Of a DNA stretch of 33,323 nt, positions 26,440 through 33,323 are shown piece after piece (positions within the stretch are counted from its first letter, which is position 1; the number at the start of each line of letters is the position of its first letter). The notes under the pieces were generated by a model. That model was not told the origin of the DNA and did no database searches. It was given only the letters and a program-made list of their open reading frames with translations. The position numbers and the translations under genes are program-made. The stretch is from a virus (Duplodnaviria > Caudoviricetes). The stretch is taken from positions 1 to 33,323 of the IMG/VR virus record IMGVR_UViG_3300003971_000005; one strand, written 5' to 3'.

Positions 26440-26469
26440 TTGCAAGAAAAGAAATGAGAATGATAAATA
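26440..26469 (+). promoter_or_regulatory. Rightward promoter TTGCAA-N18-TAAATA
   Basis: 49 nt before primase ATG, just after the terminator. Confidence 0.65.
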
Positions 26470-26518
26470 ACTTCAGACGCAAGGTCCGTGACAGACAATA
26501 ACGGGCCGATAGGACAAA

Positions 26519-27610
26519 ATGACTGAATCGAATACACACATCGAAGTCTCTTATCTTCGACAAACATACTATTGCAAGCACCGCACTGAGACGGTTCTTC
26601 ATCAATCCCGCATTACGGACGTTGAGGGCTATGAGGATTTCGCCTCATTCGTTCACGGCTTCCTCGACTTGGCGACCTATCCCAGGCCGGTGACCTCCAA
26701 AATGGAAACCTACGGCTGGACCCCGGTCCTATTCGAACCCTCGATCAATCATCATGGCGAAGACGGCGTGTGGCGTGATGGCCAGTTCGCCAACGACGAA
26801 CTCACGCTCTTCGTCGCCGACCTCGATAATCAGAACGCCGACCGGACGATCATCGACCTCGGCGATGTCGCCGACACCCTCACCGATCTCGGCCTAAGCC
26901 ATCTCCTCTATACGTCGTTCACCTCCAGGCCGGAGCGACCCAAGTTCAGGATCGTGATCCCGGTCACTCGCCCGCTCACCTGTGACGAAGCCTTCACGGT
27001 CTTTGAGTGGTTCAACGCCGCTTTCGACCGGCAACTCGACGGCTCGATCTATGATCCGGGCGATCACCTCTATGGGCCGACCGCGACCTCAACCGTAGTG
27101 ATCAAGACGGACGGTCAATCTCTCGACGTTGATCGCTTCATCGCCATGACGGCGGAGTTGCCGGAGGAATTGCGGACCCGGCGTCGCCGTGACGCTCACC
27201 CGGTCGCCAGGGCCGAGGCTACGCCGGAAGAGCGGGAGGCCATGACCCGCTTGGCCGCCACGCTCACCCGGACCGATGGGGTCTCGATCCGCAATCCCCA
27301 GGTCTTCAACCCGGCATGGCTGGATTTGATGGCCGAGCGATACATTGAGCAATCGCACTCGCAAACCGCGTTTGGCCTTCTCACCAAGGCTTGGATGAAA
27401 TCGGGCGGAACGCTCAGCCGTGGTGATCTCGAATATCTCTATGAGGAGATCGACGCGGAATTCTACGGCTACCTGAGCCGCAATTACGGGCGCCATGAGC
27501 GCGACCGGGGAATCTCCTCGATCATGCGCCGACCGGTCCCGGTCCTCGACAAAACGACCGCCCTGGAGCGTCGAGTCAGTTCGCTGACACGTCGCCTGGG
27601 CCTGAACTAA
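26519..27610 (+). CDS. Primase-polymerase (AEP/PrimPol-like) replication protein
   Basis: ADLDN (DxD) and LLYTSFTS...PKFRIVIP motifs; adjacent to ori and helicase; AGGA SD. Confidence 0.75.
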   Translation: MTESNTHIEVSYLRQTYYCKHRTETVLHQSRITDVEGYEDFASFVHGFLDLATYPRPVTSKMETYGWTPVLFEPSINHHGEDGVWRDGQFANDELTLFVADLDNQNADRTIIDLGDVADTLTDLGLSHLLYTSFTSRPERPKFRIVIPVTRPLTCDEAFTVFEWFNAAFDRQLDGSIYDPGDHLYGPTATSTVVIKTDGQSLDVDRFIAMTAELPEELRTRRRRDAHPVARAEATPEEREAMTRLAATLTRTDGVSIRNPQVFNPAWLDLMAERYIEQSHSQTAFGLLTKAWMKSGGTLSRGDLEYLYEEIDAEFYGYLSRNYGRHERDRGISSIMRRPVPVLDKTTALERRVSSLTRRLGLN

Positions 27611-27635
27611 CTCCCTTCAACAGCAACAGGAAAAA

Positions 27636-29114
27636 ATGACGTTTTCAGAACTCCTCGACACGATTGAGAACAATCCGGCTCCGGCCACTACGGAAGAGAC
27701 CGTTCAACTCCTCTTGGCGGCTGAGACCGCCAGCGATGCCCAGCCTTGGGATTGGAGCCGCCTCGCCGAACTCCTCGTCACGAAATGCGGCGTTGACCGC
27801 AAAAAGGTCGCCAGGATCGTGACTTCGGCCAAGGTGAAAGCCGCCCTCGGCGATTATCCCTATGACGCGGCGAGCTTCATTCCGCTTTGGCTAAAGGCGT
27901 TCGGAATCACGATGAGCTTCGACGGCGTGTTCCGCGACCGGCGCGGCCATGAGCGCGATACTTCCTACATCCTCAATCAAATCGAGGATTGGTGTTCATC
28001 CTACGCCGGATCGCAGCGGTCGCCGTTCATGACCAAGAGCTTGGTCTTCGGAGCCCTCGATAATTGGGTATCGGATAACCGTGAGGCGAAGGTCGCGGCG
28101 GCCTATACCCGCGTCGCCTATGACGGCGGCGCCGACGCTTCAGAGCTTGGCCGCTTCGCCCGCTATGTCACGACCGTTCACGACGATCCGGCCTTCGATG
28201 CCATGAGGGTTCGGGCGACAGAGATCGCGTTGGCGAACTTCATCTTCAGGGTGAAAAACCACATGCGCCGCCGGTGGAAACACTCGTGTCACCTCATGCC
28301 GATCTTCCACGGTCCTCAGGGATCGTCGAAGACCACGGCTATCGATGCCTTGCTGGAGCCGCTGGCCGAAGTGACGACCAAGACCGATTTCGGCATCTTC
28401 AGCCATGACGCGAAAGAGTTCGAACTCACCGTTGTCCCCGTGATGTTCCTCGACGAAATGAGCGGGGCCTGCGCCGCCGATGTCTCCCGGATCAAGCAAA
28501 TCATGACCCAGGACCGGCGAGCCGTTCGCCAACTCTATCGGGCTCCGGCTATGCGGACGCTCGTCACGACCTTCATCGGCGCATCGAACAAAGATGTCTC
28601 GACGCTGATCAAAGACGAAACCGGGAATCGTCGCTTCCTCCAGGTCGAAACGCCCGCCCTGGATCGGAACTCGTTTGGCGGCTTCGATATGTTGGCGATC
28701 TGGCGGAGCGTCGATGAGGACGCGGCTGAGCCGCCCCTCTATGCGAGCCCCGAGGCGACCGCGTGTGTGAAGGCCGTCCAGGATGGCCAGCGGTATCGCG
28801 GGCCGGTTTATGATTGGGTCGCCGATGGCGTTGAGAAGCCCTGCGGGGCCATCGTCTACACCGATCTCTTCAATCAATATTACCTGCCTTGGCTTGAGCT
28901 AAACGATCCCGCTTCCCTTCGCTTCGCCTCGGCCAGGGCGATGAAGTCGGAACTCGAAAGGCTCATCGCCGCCGGTGACATCACCGGGATCAAAATGACC
29001 AACACGGGTAACCGCCGTCATTTCCGATTCTCCGAAAACGATGAGAAGACAAAGAATCCGCTCGATCTCATCGATCTCTTGAAAGCAAGAGAGAAGGCCG
29101 AGGCCCGCAATTAG
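27636..29114 (+). CDS. VirE/VapE-family P-loop ATPase (replicative helicase)
   Basis: HGPQGSSKTT Walker A, FLDEM Walker B, FIGASN, DETGNRRF signature. Confidence 0.88.
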   Translation: MTFSELLDTIENNPAPATTEETVQLLLAAETASDAQPWDWSRLAELLVTKCGVDRKKVARIVTSAKVKAALGDYPYDAASFIPLWLKAFGITMSFDGVFRDRRGHERDTSYILNQIEDWCSSYAGSQRSPFMTKSLVFGALDNWVSDNREAKVAAAYTRVAYDGGADASELGRFARYVTTVHDDPAFDAMRVRATEIALANFIFRVKNHMRRRWKHSCHLMPIFHGPQGSSKTTAIDALLEPLAEVTTKTDFGIFSHDAKEFELTVVPVMFLDEMSGACAADVSRIKQIMTQDRRAVRQLYRAPAMRTLVTTFIGASNKDVSTLIKDETGNRRFLQVETPALDRNSFGGFDMLAIWRSVDEDAAEPPLYASPEATACVKAVQDGQRYRGPVYDWVADGVEKPCGAIVYTDLFNQYYLPWLELNDPASLRFASARAMKSELERLIAAGDITGIKMTNTGNRRHFRFSENDEKTKNPLDLIDLLKAREKAEARN

Positions 29115-29136
29115 AGCTAAAGCGGCAAAATCGAAG

Positions 29137-29188
29137 CGTTTGCATAAATAGATTGGTCAACACCGAAAGGGCCTATCTTATGCAAACG
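29137..29188 (+). promoter_or_regulatory. TAAATA element (29145-29150) overlapping the 5' arm of a start-occluding hairpin
   Basis: CGTTTGCATAA/TTATGCAAACG perfect 11-bp inverted repeat containing ATG 29180. Confidence 0.8.
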
Positions 29189-29413
29189 ATCACCTTCGAA
29201 GCCTCTCACGTCATTTTCACTGCAATCCGGGATTGGTGGCGATCCGATCCCGGTCGAATGGCCGCCCTCGATTTGCGGTCATTGAATCCCGCCGAGGATC
29301 GCGACCGCTATTGGCATTGTCGCCAGTCCGGCCTTTGGCCTCGCGCGGTAGTCTTTGCGCCGGAGGATCGGGCGAAGGTCGCCGAACTCCTCGACATGAT
29401 CGGCCCGGCCTGA
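29180..29413 (+). CDS. Hypothetical protein
   Basis: Likely ATG 29180 (MQTITFEASH); start buried in an 11-bp inverted repeat. Confidence 0.55.
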   Translation: MQTITFEASHVIFTAIRDWWRSDPGRMAALDLRSLNPAEDRDRYWHCRQSGLWPRAVVFAPEDRAKVAELLDMIGPA

Positions 29414-29416
29414 AAC

Positions 29417-29440
29417 TCGATCTCGCCTAAATAGGATCGA
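29417..29440 (+). promoter_or_regulatory. TAAATA element (29428-29433), spanins
   Basis: TCGATC...CCTAAATAG-GATCGA(TG); N6 to ATG. Confidence 0.75.
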
Positions 29441-29871
29441 TGTCAGCCATACTCGCCAGGATCGGCTTCGCCTTCATCGACCCCAGAACGGCGTTGGTCG
29501 CCTGGGGTTCGGTCTTCGCCTTATGCGCGGTCGGATATGGCCTTTGGTCCTGGACCACGATTGGCGGCCTGCGGAAAGAACAAGCCGCCATCGTCGAGAG
29601 AAATGATCGGCTCGCCACGGCGAACAAAGACCTCATCGAGGATCAAGCCGATATCCTCAACCGGGTCGAGGCGATGAATGTTGAGGTCGAGGTTCTGAAT
29701 TCGAAGTTCGGCCAATCGATCACGCGGCGCCAACGGGCCTATGAATCCCTCACCACGCCGGACGTTCCGCCCGGTGTGAGGCCCGATACCCTCGATATGG
29801 AATCGCGGGCGAACGCGGGAATGAACCAACTCTTCGATGAGCTTCGATCTCTATCGGCGGTGTCGAAATGA
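29440..29871 (+). CDS. Inner-membrane spanin (Rz-like)
   Basis: N-terminal TM helix then coiled coil; ATGA-coupled to a lipoprotein gene. Confidence 0.75.
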   Translation: MSAILARIGFAFIDPRTALVAWGSVFALCAVGYGLWSWTTIGGLRKEQAAIVERNDRLATANKDLIEDQADILNRVEAMNVEVEVLNSKFGQSITRRQRAYESLTTPDVPPGVRPDTLDMESRANAGMNQLFDELRSLSAVSK

Positions 29872-30248
29872 GGCGGCTTCTCGTGGTCCTCAGCCTGTTA
29901 CTCCTCGGCGGCTGCGAAACCCTCGCCGATTTTCGCATCACGACGAACAAGCCGATTGCGGTTCCGGATATTCAGCCCGGACCGATGCAACTCAAGCCGG
30001 TCTCGTGGAAAGTCTACACGGTCGATGAACTCAAGGCGTTGGTCGCCAGCATGGAAGCGGCGGGCCAAACCACGACCGTCTTCTATGTATTGGACAAAGA
30101 GAATTTCGATTCTCTTGCGTTCAATCTCGTGGAAATGAAGCGATACATCGAGGACCAGAGAGCGACGAACCAATTCCTCATTGAGGCCATCGCGATCAAC
30201 AACGGCGAGGATCGCCCGCCACGGGCCACCCTGGAGCCCAGGCGCTAA
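29868..30248 (+). CDS. Outer-membrane lipoprotein spanin (Rz1-like)
   Basis: MRRLLVVLSLLLLGGC lipobox; Pro-rich N-region. Confidence 0.75.
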   Translation: MRRLLVVLSLLLLGGCETLADFRITTNKPIAVPDIQPGPMQLKPVSWKVYTVDELKALVASMEAAGQTTTVFYVLDKENFDSLAFNLVEMKRYIEDQRATNQFLIEAIAINNGEDRPPRATLEPRR

Positions 30249-30396
30249 GGCATCGAACTCGGCCTCTCGTGATCCCTTCGGCTTCTATTTCGCCACGCCC
30301 CAAGATGGCGAGCGCGGTTTGTTCGCCTGAAGAAATTGACACGCCCCGACACGCTGAAGAGATTGACCTGTGCGGCTTCAAGTCGGGGATTGTGAA

Positions 30397-30834
30397 ATGC
30401 GAATTGCTCTTAGTTTAGTTGTTTCCGTAGCGGTGTTCGCGTCGGCGTTTTCAGCAAACGCATTCGCCGATCCGAAAGTATTGCGGGACGCAAAGGCTTT
30501 CATTGAGAAAACACTGCGTGACCCCACCGGCGTTCTTTACCGCAATATCAAGGTCACTGCCGGGGTTGGTGTGTGTGGCGAGTTAAATCCTAAAAACGAA
30601 TACGGCGGATATTCCGGTTTTGAGGATTTCGCATATTTGGAAAAGGGCGGGCGTCTGTGGTCGGGTTCAGCGGGTGCCGGTTCCGAAAAGCTGATTCAAC
30701 GCGCGCTCGTGTTCGAAAAGCTCGGCTGCGATGCCGGTCTGAGTGTCTACGCAACACCGGCCTTTATCGATGCCATCAACAAAGGCCGCGCGGCGAAAGG
30801 CCAGCCTCCCGTCGATACGAGCTTCATCGACTGA
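30397..30834 (+). CDS. Moron, secreted/periplasmic protein
   Basis: Signal peptide ending ANAFA; LRDP...VCGELNPKNEYGGYSG; AT-richer; TTGACA upstream at ~30335. Confidence 0.7.
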   Translation: MRIALSLVVSVAVFASAFSANAFADPKVLRDAKAFIEKTLRDPTGVLYRNIKVTAGVGVCGELNPKNEYGGYSGFEDFAYLEKGGRLWSGSAGAGSEKLIQRALVFEKLGCDAGLSVYATPAFIDAINKGRAAKGQPPVDTSFID

Positions 30835-30964
30835 ATAGGCGGCCAGGGGAGGGGCGTGAGGCCCCGTTCCCGATCCTCGGCCACGGTAGCCCCTAGAGAT
30901 AAAACACCCGCCACGGGCCATCCTGGAGCTTTCCCGCTATGGCGCCGAAATCGACCTCTCCGGA

Positions 30965-30970
30965 TAAATA
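30965..30970 (+). promoter_or_regulatory. TAAATA element
   Basis: GATAAATA followed by a GC hairpin at 30977-31001. Confidence 0.55.
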
Positions 30971-31014
30971 AACAGAGGGGGCGGACGCGGTGTCCGTCCC
31001 CGTGGGTTCCCGGA

Positions 31015-31188
31015 ATGGCCAGCGACATCGATCTCAATCACGCGAGCTTTGCCGAGGCGTTGAACGCTCGCATCCAGAGCGTCATCGACGAAGCCCGCGA
31101 ACTCTTCGATCTCGAATGGTCGGGCCGAGATCGCCCCGATGATCTCGATCCCGATCTCGATGATCCGCGCCGTTCTTCGCTTCGATGA
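31015..31188 (+). CDS. Small acidic hypothetical protein
   Basis: ATG 31015 downstream of TAAATA 30965; weak SD. Confidence 0.4.
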   Translation: MASDIDLNHASFAEALNARIQSVIDEARELFDLEWSGRDRPDDLDPDLDDPRRSSLR

Positions 31189-31372
31189 TCCCGAGGATGG
31201 CCGCGACTTCCTGACCTGGGCCGTCGAGATCGGTCTCCAGGCCCGCGACCTCACGACTCCCGAGGCGCCGTTCCCCCGCTACCGCCTGATCGAAATCCAA
31301 GGGGACGAACTCGAATCCAAAATCGAGATCGAGAGTTGGTTCGCCTTCGTCGTCAGCCTCGGCGTGGTTTGA
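31160..31372 (+). CDS. Hypothetical protein
   Basis: Phage-like codon usage; start uncertain (31139 or 31160). Confidence 0.45.
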   Translation: MIRAVLRFDDPEDGRDFLTWAVEIGLQARDLTTPEAPFPRYRLIEIQGDELESKIEIESWFAFVVSLGVV

Positions 31373-31481
31373 ATGATCGCAATACTAAGCGAATTCAATA
31401 TAGGTGTCGCATAATGGCAACACTAACAAGAAAAGTAGACGAGTCCGCGATAGATATGGACGGCTCGTGTAGTGGTTTGCA

Positions 31482-31487
31482 TAAATA
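31482..31487 (+). promoter_or_regulatory. TAAATA element
   Basis: CATAAATA 56 nt before ATG 31544. Confidence 0.6.
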
Positions 31488-31543
31488 CTATTGAAGACGA
31501 ATTGAACAAAAGGGTTCACGAATTCAATGATTGGACAAAAGAA

Positions 31544-32062
31544 ATGACTGAATATGATTTAATGAAAGAGGTTGCCGCATTAGTGACCACGCTCCTCGAC
31601 TCCAGGGGTTGCCAGAGAGACACCGGCTCCAGTTTCGAAGATATGCACTTCGTTATCCACGCCGATGATGCCTTGGATTTACCGACGACATATTCATTCC
31701 TGCGCGATGATTGGCGCGAACTCGGAGATTTCTCCGGAGAAATCACGATCCGGGAAGTCACGCGGAAGAGGATCGAGGCCGCCGCGATGACGACATTCGG
31801 CCCGTTTATCCGGTTTCCGTTCCGCGTCACTGAGGGCCGGGTTGTGGTTCCGGGTCGCTACGCCACACGCGGCCATCGCTTCAGCCGCAAACGTCTTCGA
31901 CATTACGCGGAATGGGCCTCACGAGCCGCCGCGAGTTGGGAACCCGAGGCCAAGGATCGTCGGCTTTATGAGCATATCGTCGCGCACGGCGTTGCCGACG
32001 ACTACGCGCACGAAAAGAGCCTGCGGGTGATGTCGGAGGGCCTGTTGGCGCAGGCGCTCTGA
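31544..32062 (+). CDS. Hypothetical protein
   Basis: Likely ATG 31544 with GGA upstream; TAAATA at 31482. Confidence 0.65.
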   Translation: MTEYDLMKEVAALVTTLLDSRGCQRDTGSSFEDMHFVIHADDALDLPTTYSFLRDDWRELGDFSGEITIREVTRKRIEAAAMTTFGPFIRFPFRVTEGRVVVPGRYATRGHRFSRKRLRHYAEWASRAAASWEPEAKDRRLYEHIVAHGVADDYAHEKSLRVMSEGLLAQAL

Positions 32063-32079
32063 TCACGGCGAGGGCCATG

Positions 32080-32108
32080 GGGGCGCGATCATAAATAGCT
32101 CGTGCCCC
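32080..32108 (+). promoter_or_regulatory. TAAATA element (32092-32097) in a hairpin loop, methyltransferase
   Basis: GGGGCGCGA-UCAUAAAUAGC-UCGUGCCCC; 9 bp with one G-U; N4 to GTG. Confidence 0.8.
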
Positions 32109-32812
32109 TATCCCTTCACCAGGGCGACTGCCTCGCCCTACTCGCCGACATACCGACCGCCAGCGTTGATCTAATCCTCTGCGATCTCCCCTATGGATCG
32201 ACCCGAAATCCTTGGGATTCCGTGATCCCCATGGGGCCGCTTTGGTCTCACTATTGGCGGGTCGCCAAGCCGAACGCGGCGGTCGTCCTCACGGCGGCGC
32301 CGCCCTTCGATAAGGTTCTCGGCGCCTCTCAAATCCAGCATCTGAAATACGAATGGATATGGGAGAAGGGGATTGCGACCGGCCATCTAAACGCCAAGCG
32401 GCAGCCCCTGAGGGCGCATGAGAACGTGCTCGTCTTTTATCGTCGCCAGTGTCGCTATAACCCGGTCAAGACACCCGGCGAGCCCTACGCGGCGAGAGGC
32501 GGCCAGAGCCTCGGCCCGGTCACCTATGGGGCGTATGGCGGCCATCGCGAAGGCTCCTGTGATGGTTCCCGCTATCCCCGTTCGGTCTTGAAGTTTCCGG
32601 GCGAGCGCGGCCTTCACCCGACCCAGAAGCCCGTCGCCCTCATGGAATACATGATCGAGACCTATACCGATCCCGGCGACGTGGTTCTCGACTCCTGTAT
32701 GGGGAGCGGAACGACCGGCGTGGCCGCGAAGCGCCTGGGCCGATCATTCATCGGCATGGAACTCGACGCGGGCTATTTCGAGATCGCGAAGTCGAGGATC
32801 GAGGCGGCCTAA
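32102..32812 (+). CDS. DNA N6-adenine/N4-cytosine methyltransferase (beta class), orphan
   Basis: Motif IV DLPY precedes HPTQKP and motif I VLDSCMGSGTT. Confidence 0.93.
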   Translation: MPLSLHQGDCLALLADIPTASVDLILCDLPYGSTRNPWDSVIPMGPLWSHYWRVAKPNAAVVLTAAPPFDKVLGASQIQHLKYEWIWEKGIATGHLNAKRQPLRAHENVLVFYRRQCRYNPVKTPGEPYAARGGQSLGPVTYGAYGGHREGSCDGSRYPRSVLKFPGERGLHPTQKPVALMEYMIETYTDPGDVVLDSCMGSGTTGVAAKRLGRSFIGMELDAGYFEIAKSRIEAA

Positions 32813-32813
32813 G

Positions 32814-32841
32814 GCCGCCGGAAGGTAGTCCCTCCGGCGGC
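32814..32841. terminator. Hairpin between convergent genes, possible terminator
   Basis: GCCGCCGGA-N10-TCCGGCGGC; no clear U tract. Confidence 0.45.
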
Positions 32842-32849
32842 ACTCATGC

Positions 32850-33323
32850 CTATTTGATCCGCCGCGTGACATGAGCCTTCAACGCGGCCTTGGAGCGTTT
32901 CGAGAGGCCGGGGCGAACGTCAATGGCATCCTTGGCGGCCTGGGCCTGGGCGGCGGTCATCGGGGCGCCATGAGACGATTTCGCCGCGACCCGCGAAAGC
33001 TCGGCATAACCGGCCTGGGTGAGACCCAAACGATCCCAAGTCTCTTTGATCGGGTTTCGCACATCGGCAATCACTCCGAACCACAAGGCGGCGTTCGTGG
33101 GTTCGGCCATGCCGGAGTCGTAGCCATAGCGGCGCGCGAGCGTCTTCAGCGACCGGGCGCCCGGCTCCCAACGATTGAGAAGGTCGATGAAATCCACGCC
33201 GTCGCCGCGCTTGGTCTCCATTTCCGCAATAAGCCGCATAAGTTTAAGCGCGCCACTCGTGAGGCTAACCTTGCCGACAGGGATCGGAAGCGGAGTCCGC
33301 GTGTAGAAATCTTCGAGCTTCAT
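32850..33323 (-). CDS. Hypothetical protein, possibly winged-helix DNA-binding
   Basis: 157 aa; LTSGALKLMRLI...LGLTQAGYAEL pattern is only suggestive. Confidence 0.55.
   Translation of the reverse strand: MKLEDFYTRTPLPIPVGKVSLTSGALKLMRLIAEMETKRGDGVDFIDLLNRWEPGARSLKTLARRYGYDSGMAEPTNAALWFGVIADVRNPIKETWDRLGLTQAGYAELSRVAAKSSHGAPMTAAQAQAAKDAIDVRPGLSKRSKAALKAHVTRRIK

Noticed and set aside
26336-26470. 44-codon GTG ORF after TAAATA 26327
   Set aside because: It runs through a strong intrinsic terminator, has atypical codon usage and only a 3-nt gap; an RNA element is more likely
31105-31200. GATCTCGAT/GATGATC microrepeats
   Set aside because: Explained by Asp/Leu/Pro-rich coding in overlapping small ORFs
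251-32097. TAAATA as sigma28 (FliA) -35, sigma54 site or CtrA box
   Set aside because: No GCCGATAA 15 nt downstream, no GG-N10-GC and no TTAA-N7-TTAA pattern; the position next to start codons does not fit
1-33323. Gene transfer agent cluster
   Set aside because: Has its own origin, primase, helicase, HNH with P27 TerS and a long tape measure, which is a cos-type phage layout rather than RcGTA
1-33323. tRNA genes, att sites, IS elements
   Set aside because: None recognisable by eye; the window begins and ends at gene boundaries, so element ends are probably outside

Overview
The window is most of an HK97/lambda-type siphophage or prophage genome, GC-rich and probably from an alphaproteobacterial host (inference from GTA-gp10-like, DUF3168-like and TIGR02594-like genes). 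The left arm (1-25.8 kb, minus strand) carries HNH nuclease, a putative cos region, a peptidoglycan hydrolase, TerS, TerL, portal, protease, capsid, head-tail joining genes, tail tube, frameshifted tail chaperones, tape measure, tail tip and a ~2,660-aa heptad-repeat fibre. An iteron/AT-rich origin lies at ~25.9-26.3 kb. The right arm (plus strand) has primase-polymerase, VirE-type helicase, spanins and a DNA methyltransferase. Four AT-richer morons are inserted, one a Schlafen/AlbA_2 protein. No integrase, repressor or sigma factor is recognisable. The main signal is regulatory. By eye I count 24 TAAATA hexamers, all co-oriented with the arm they sit in. Fourteen lie 4-7 nt before a start codon, and most sit in or next to an RNA hairpin that buries the start codon or SD. 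This resembles T4-type late promoters plus T4-style hairpin gating, in a non-T4 phage with no visible gp55. Family assignments come from recognised motifs and gene order, not database searches.
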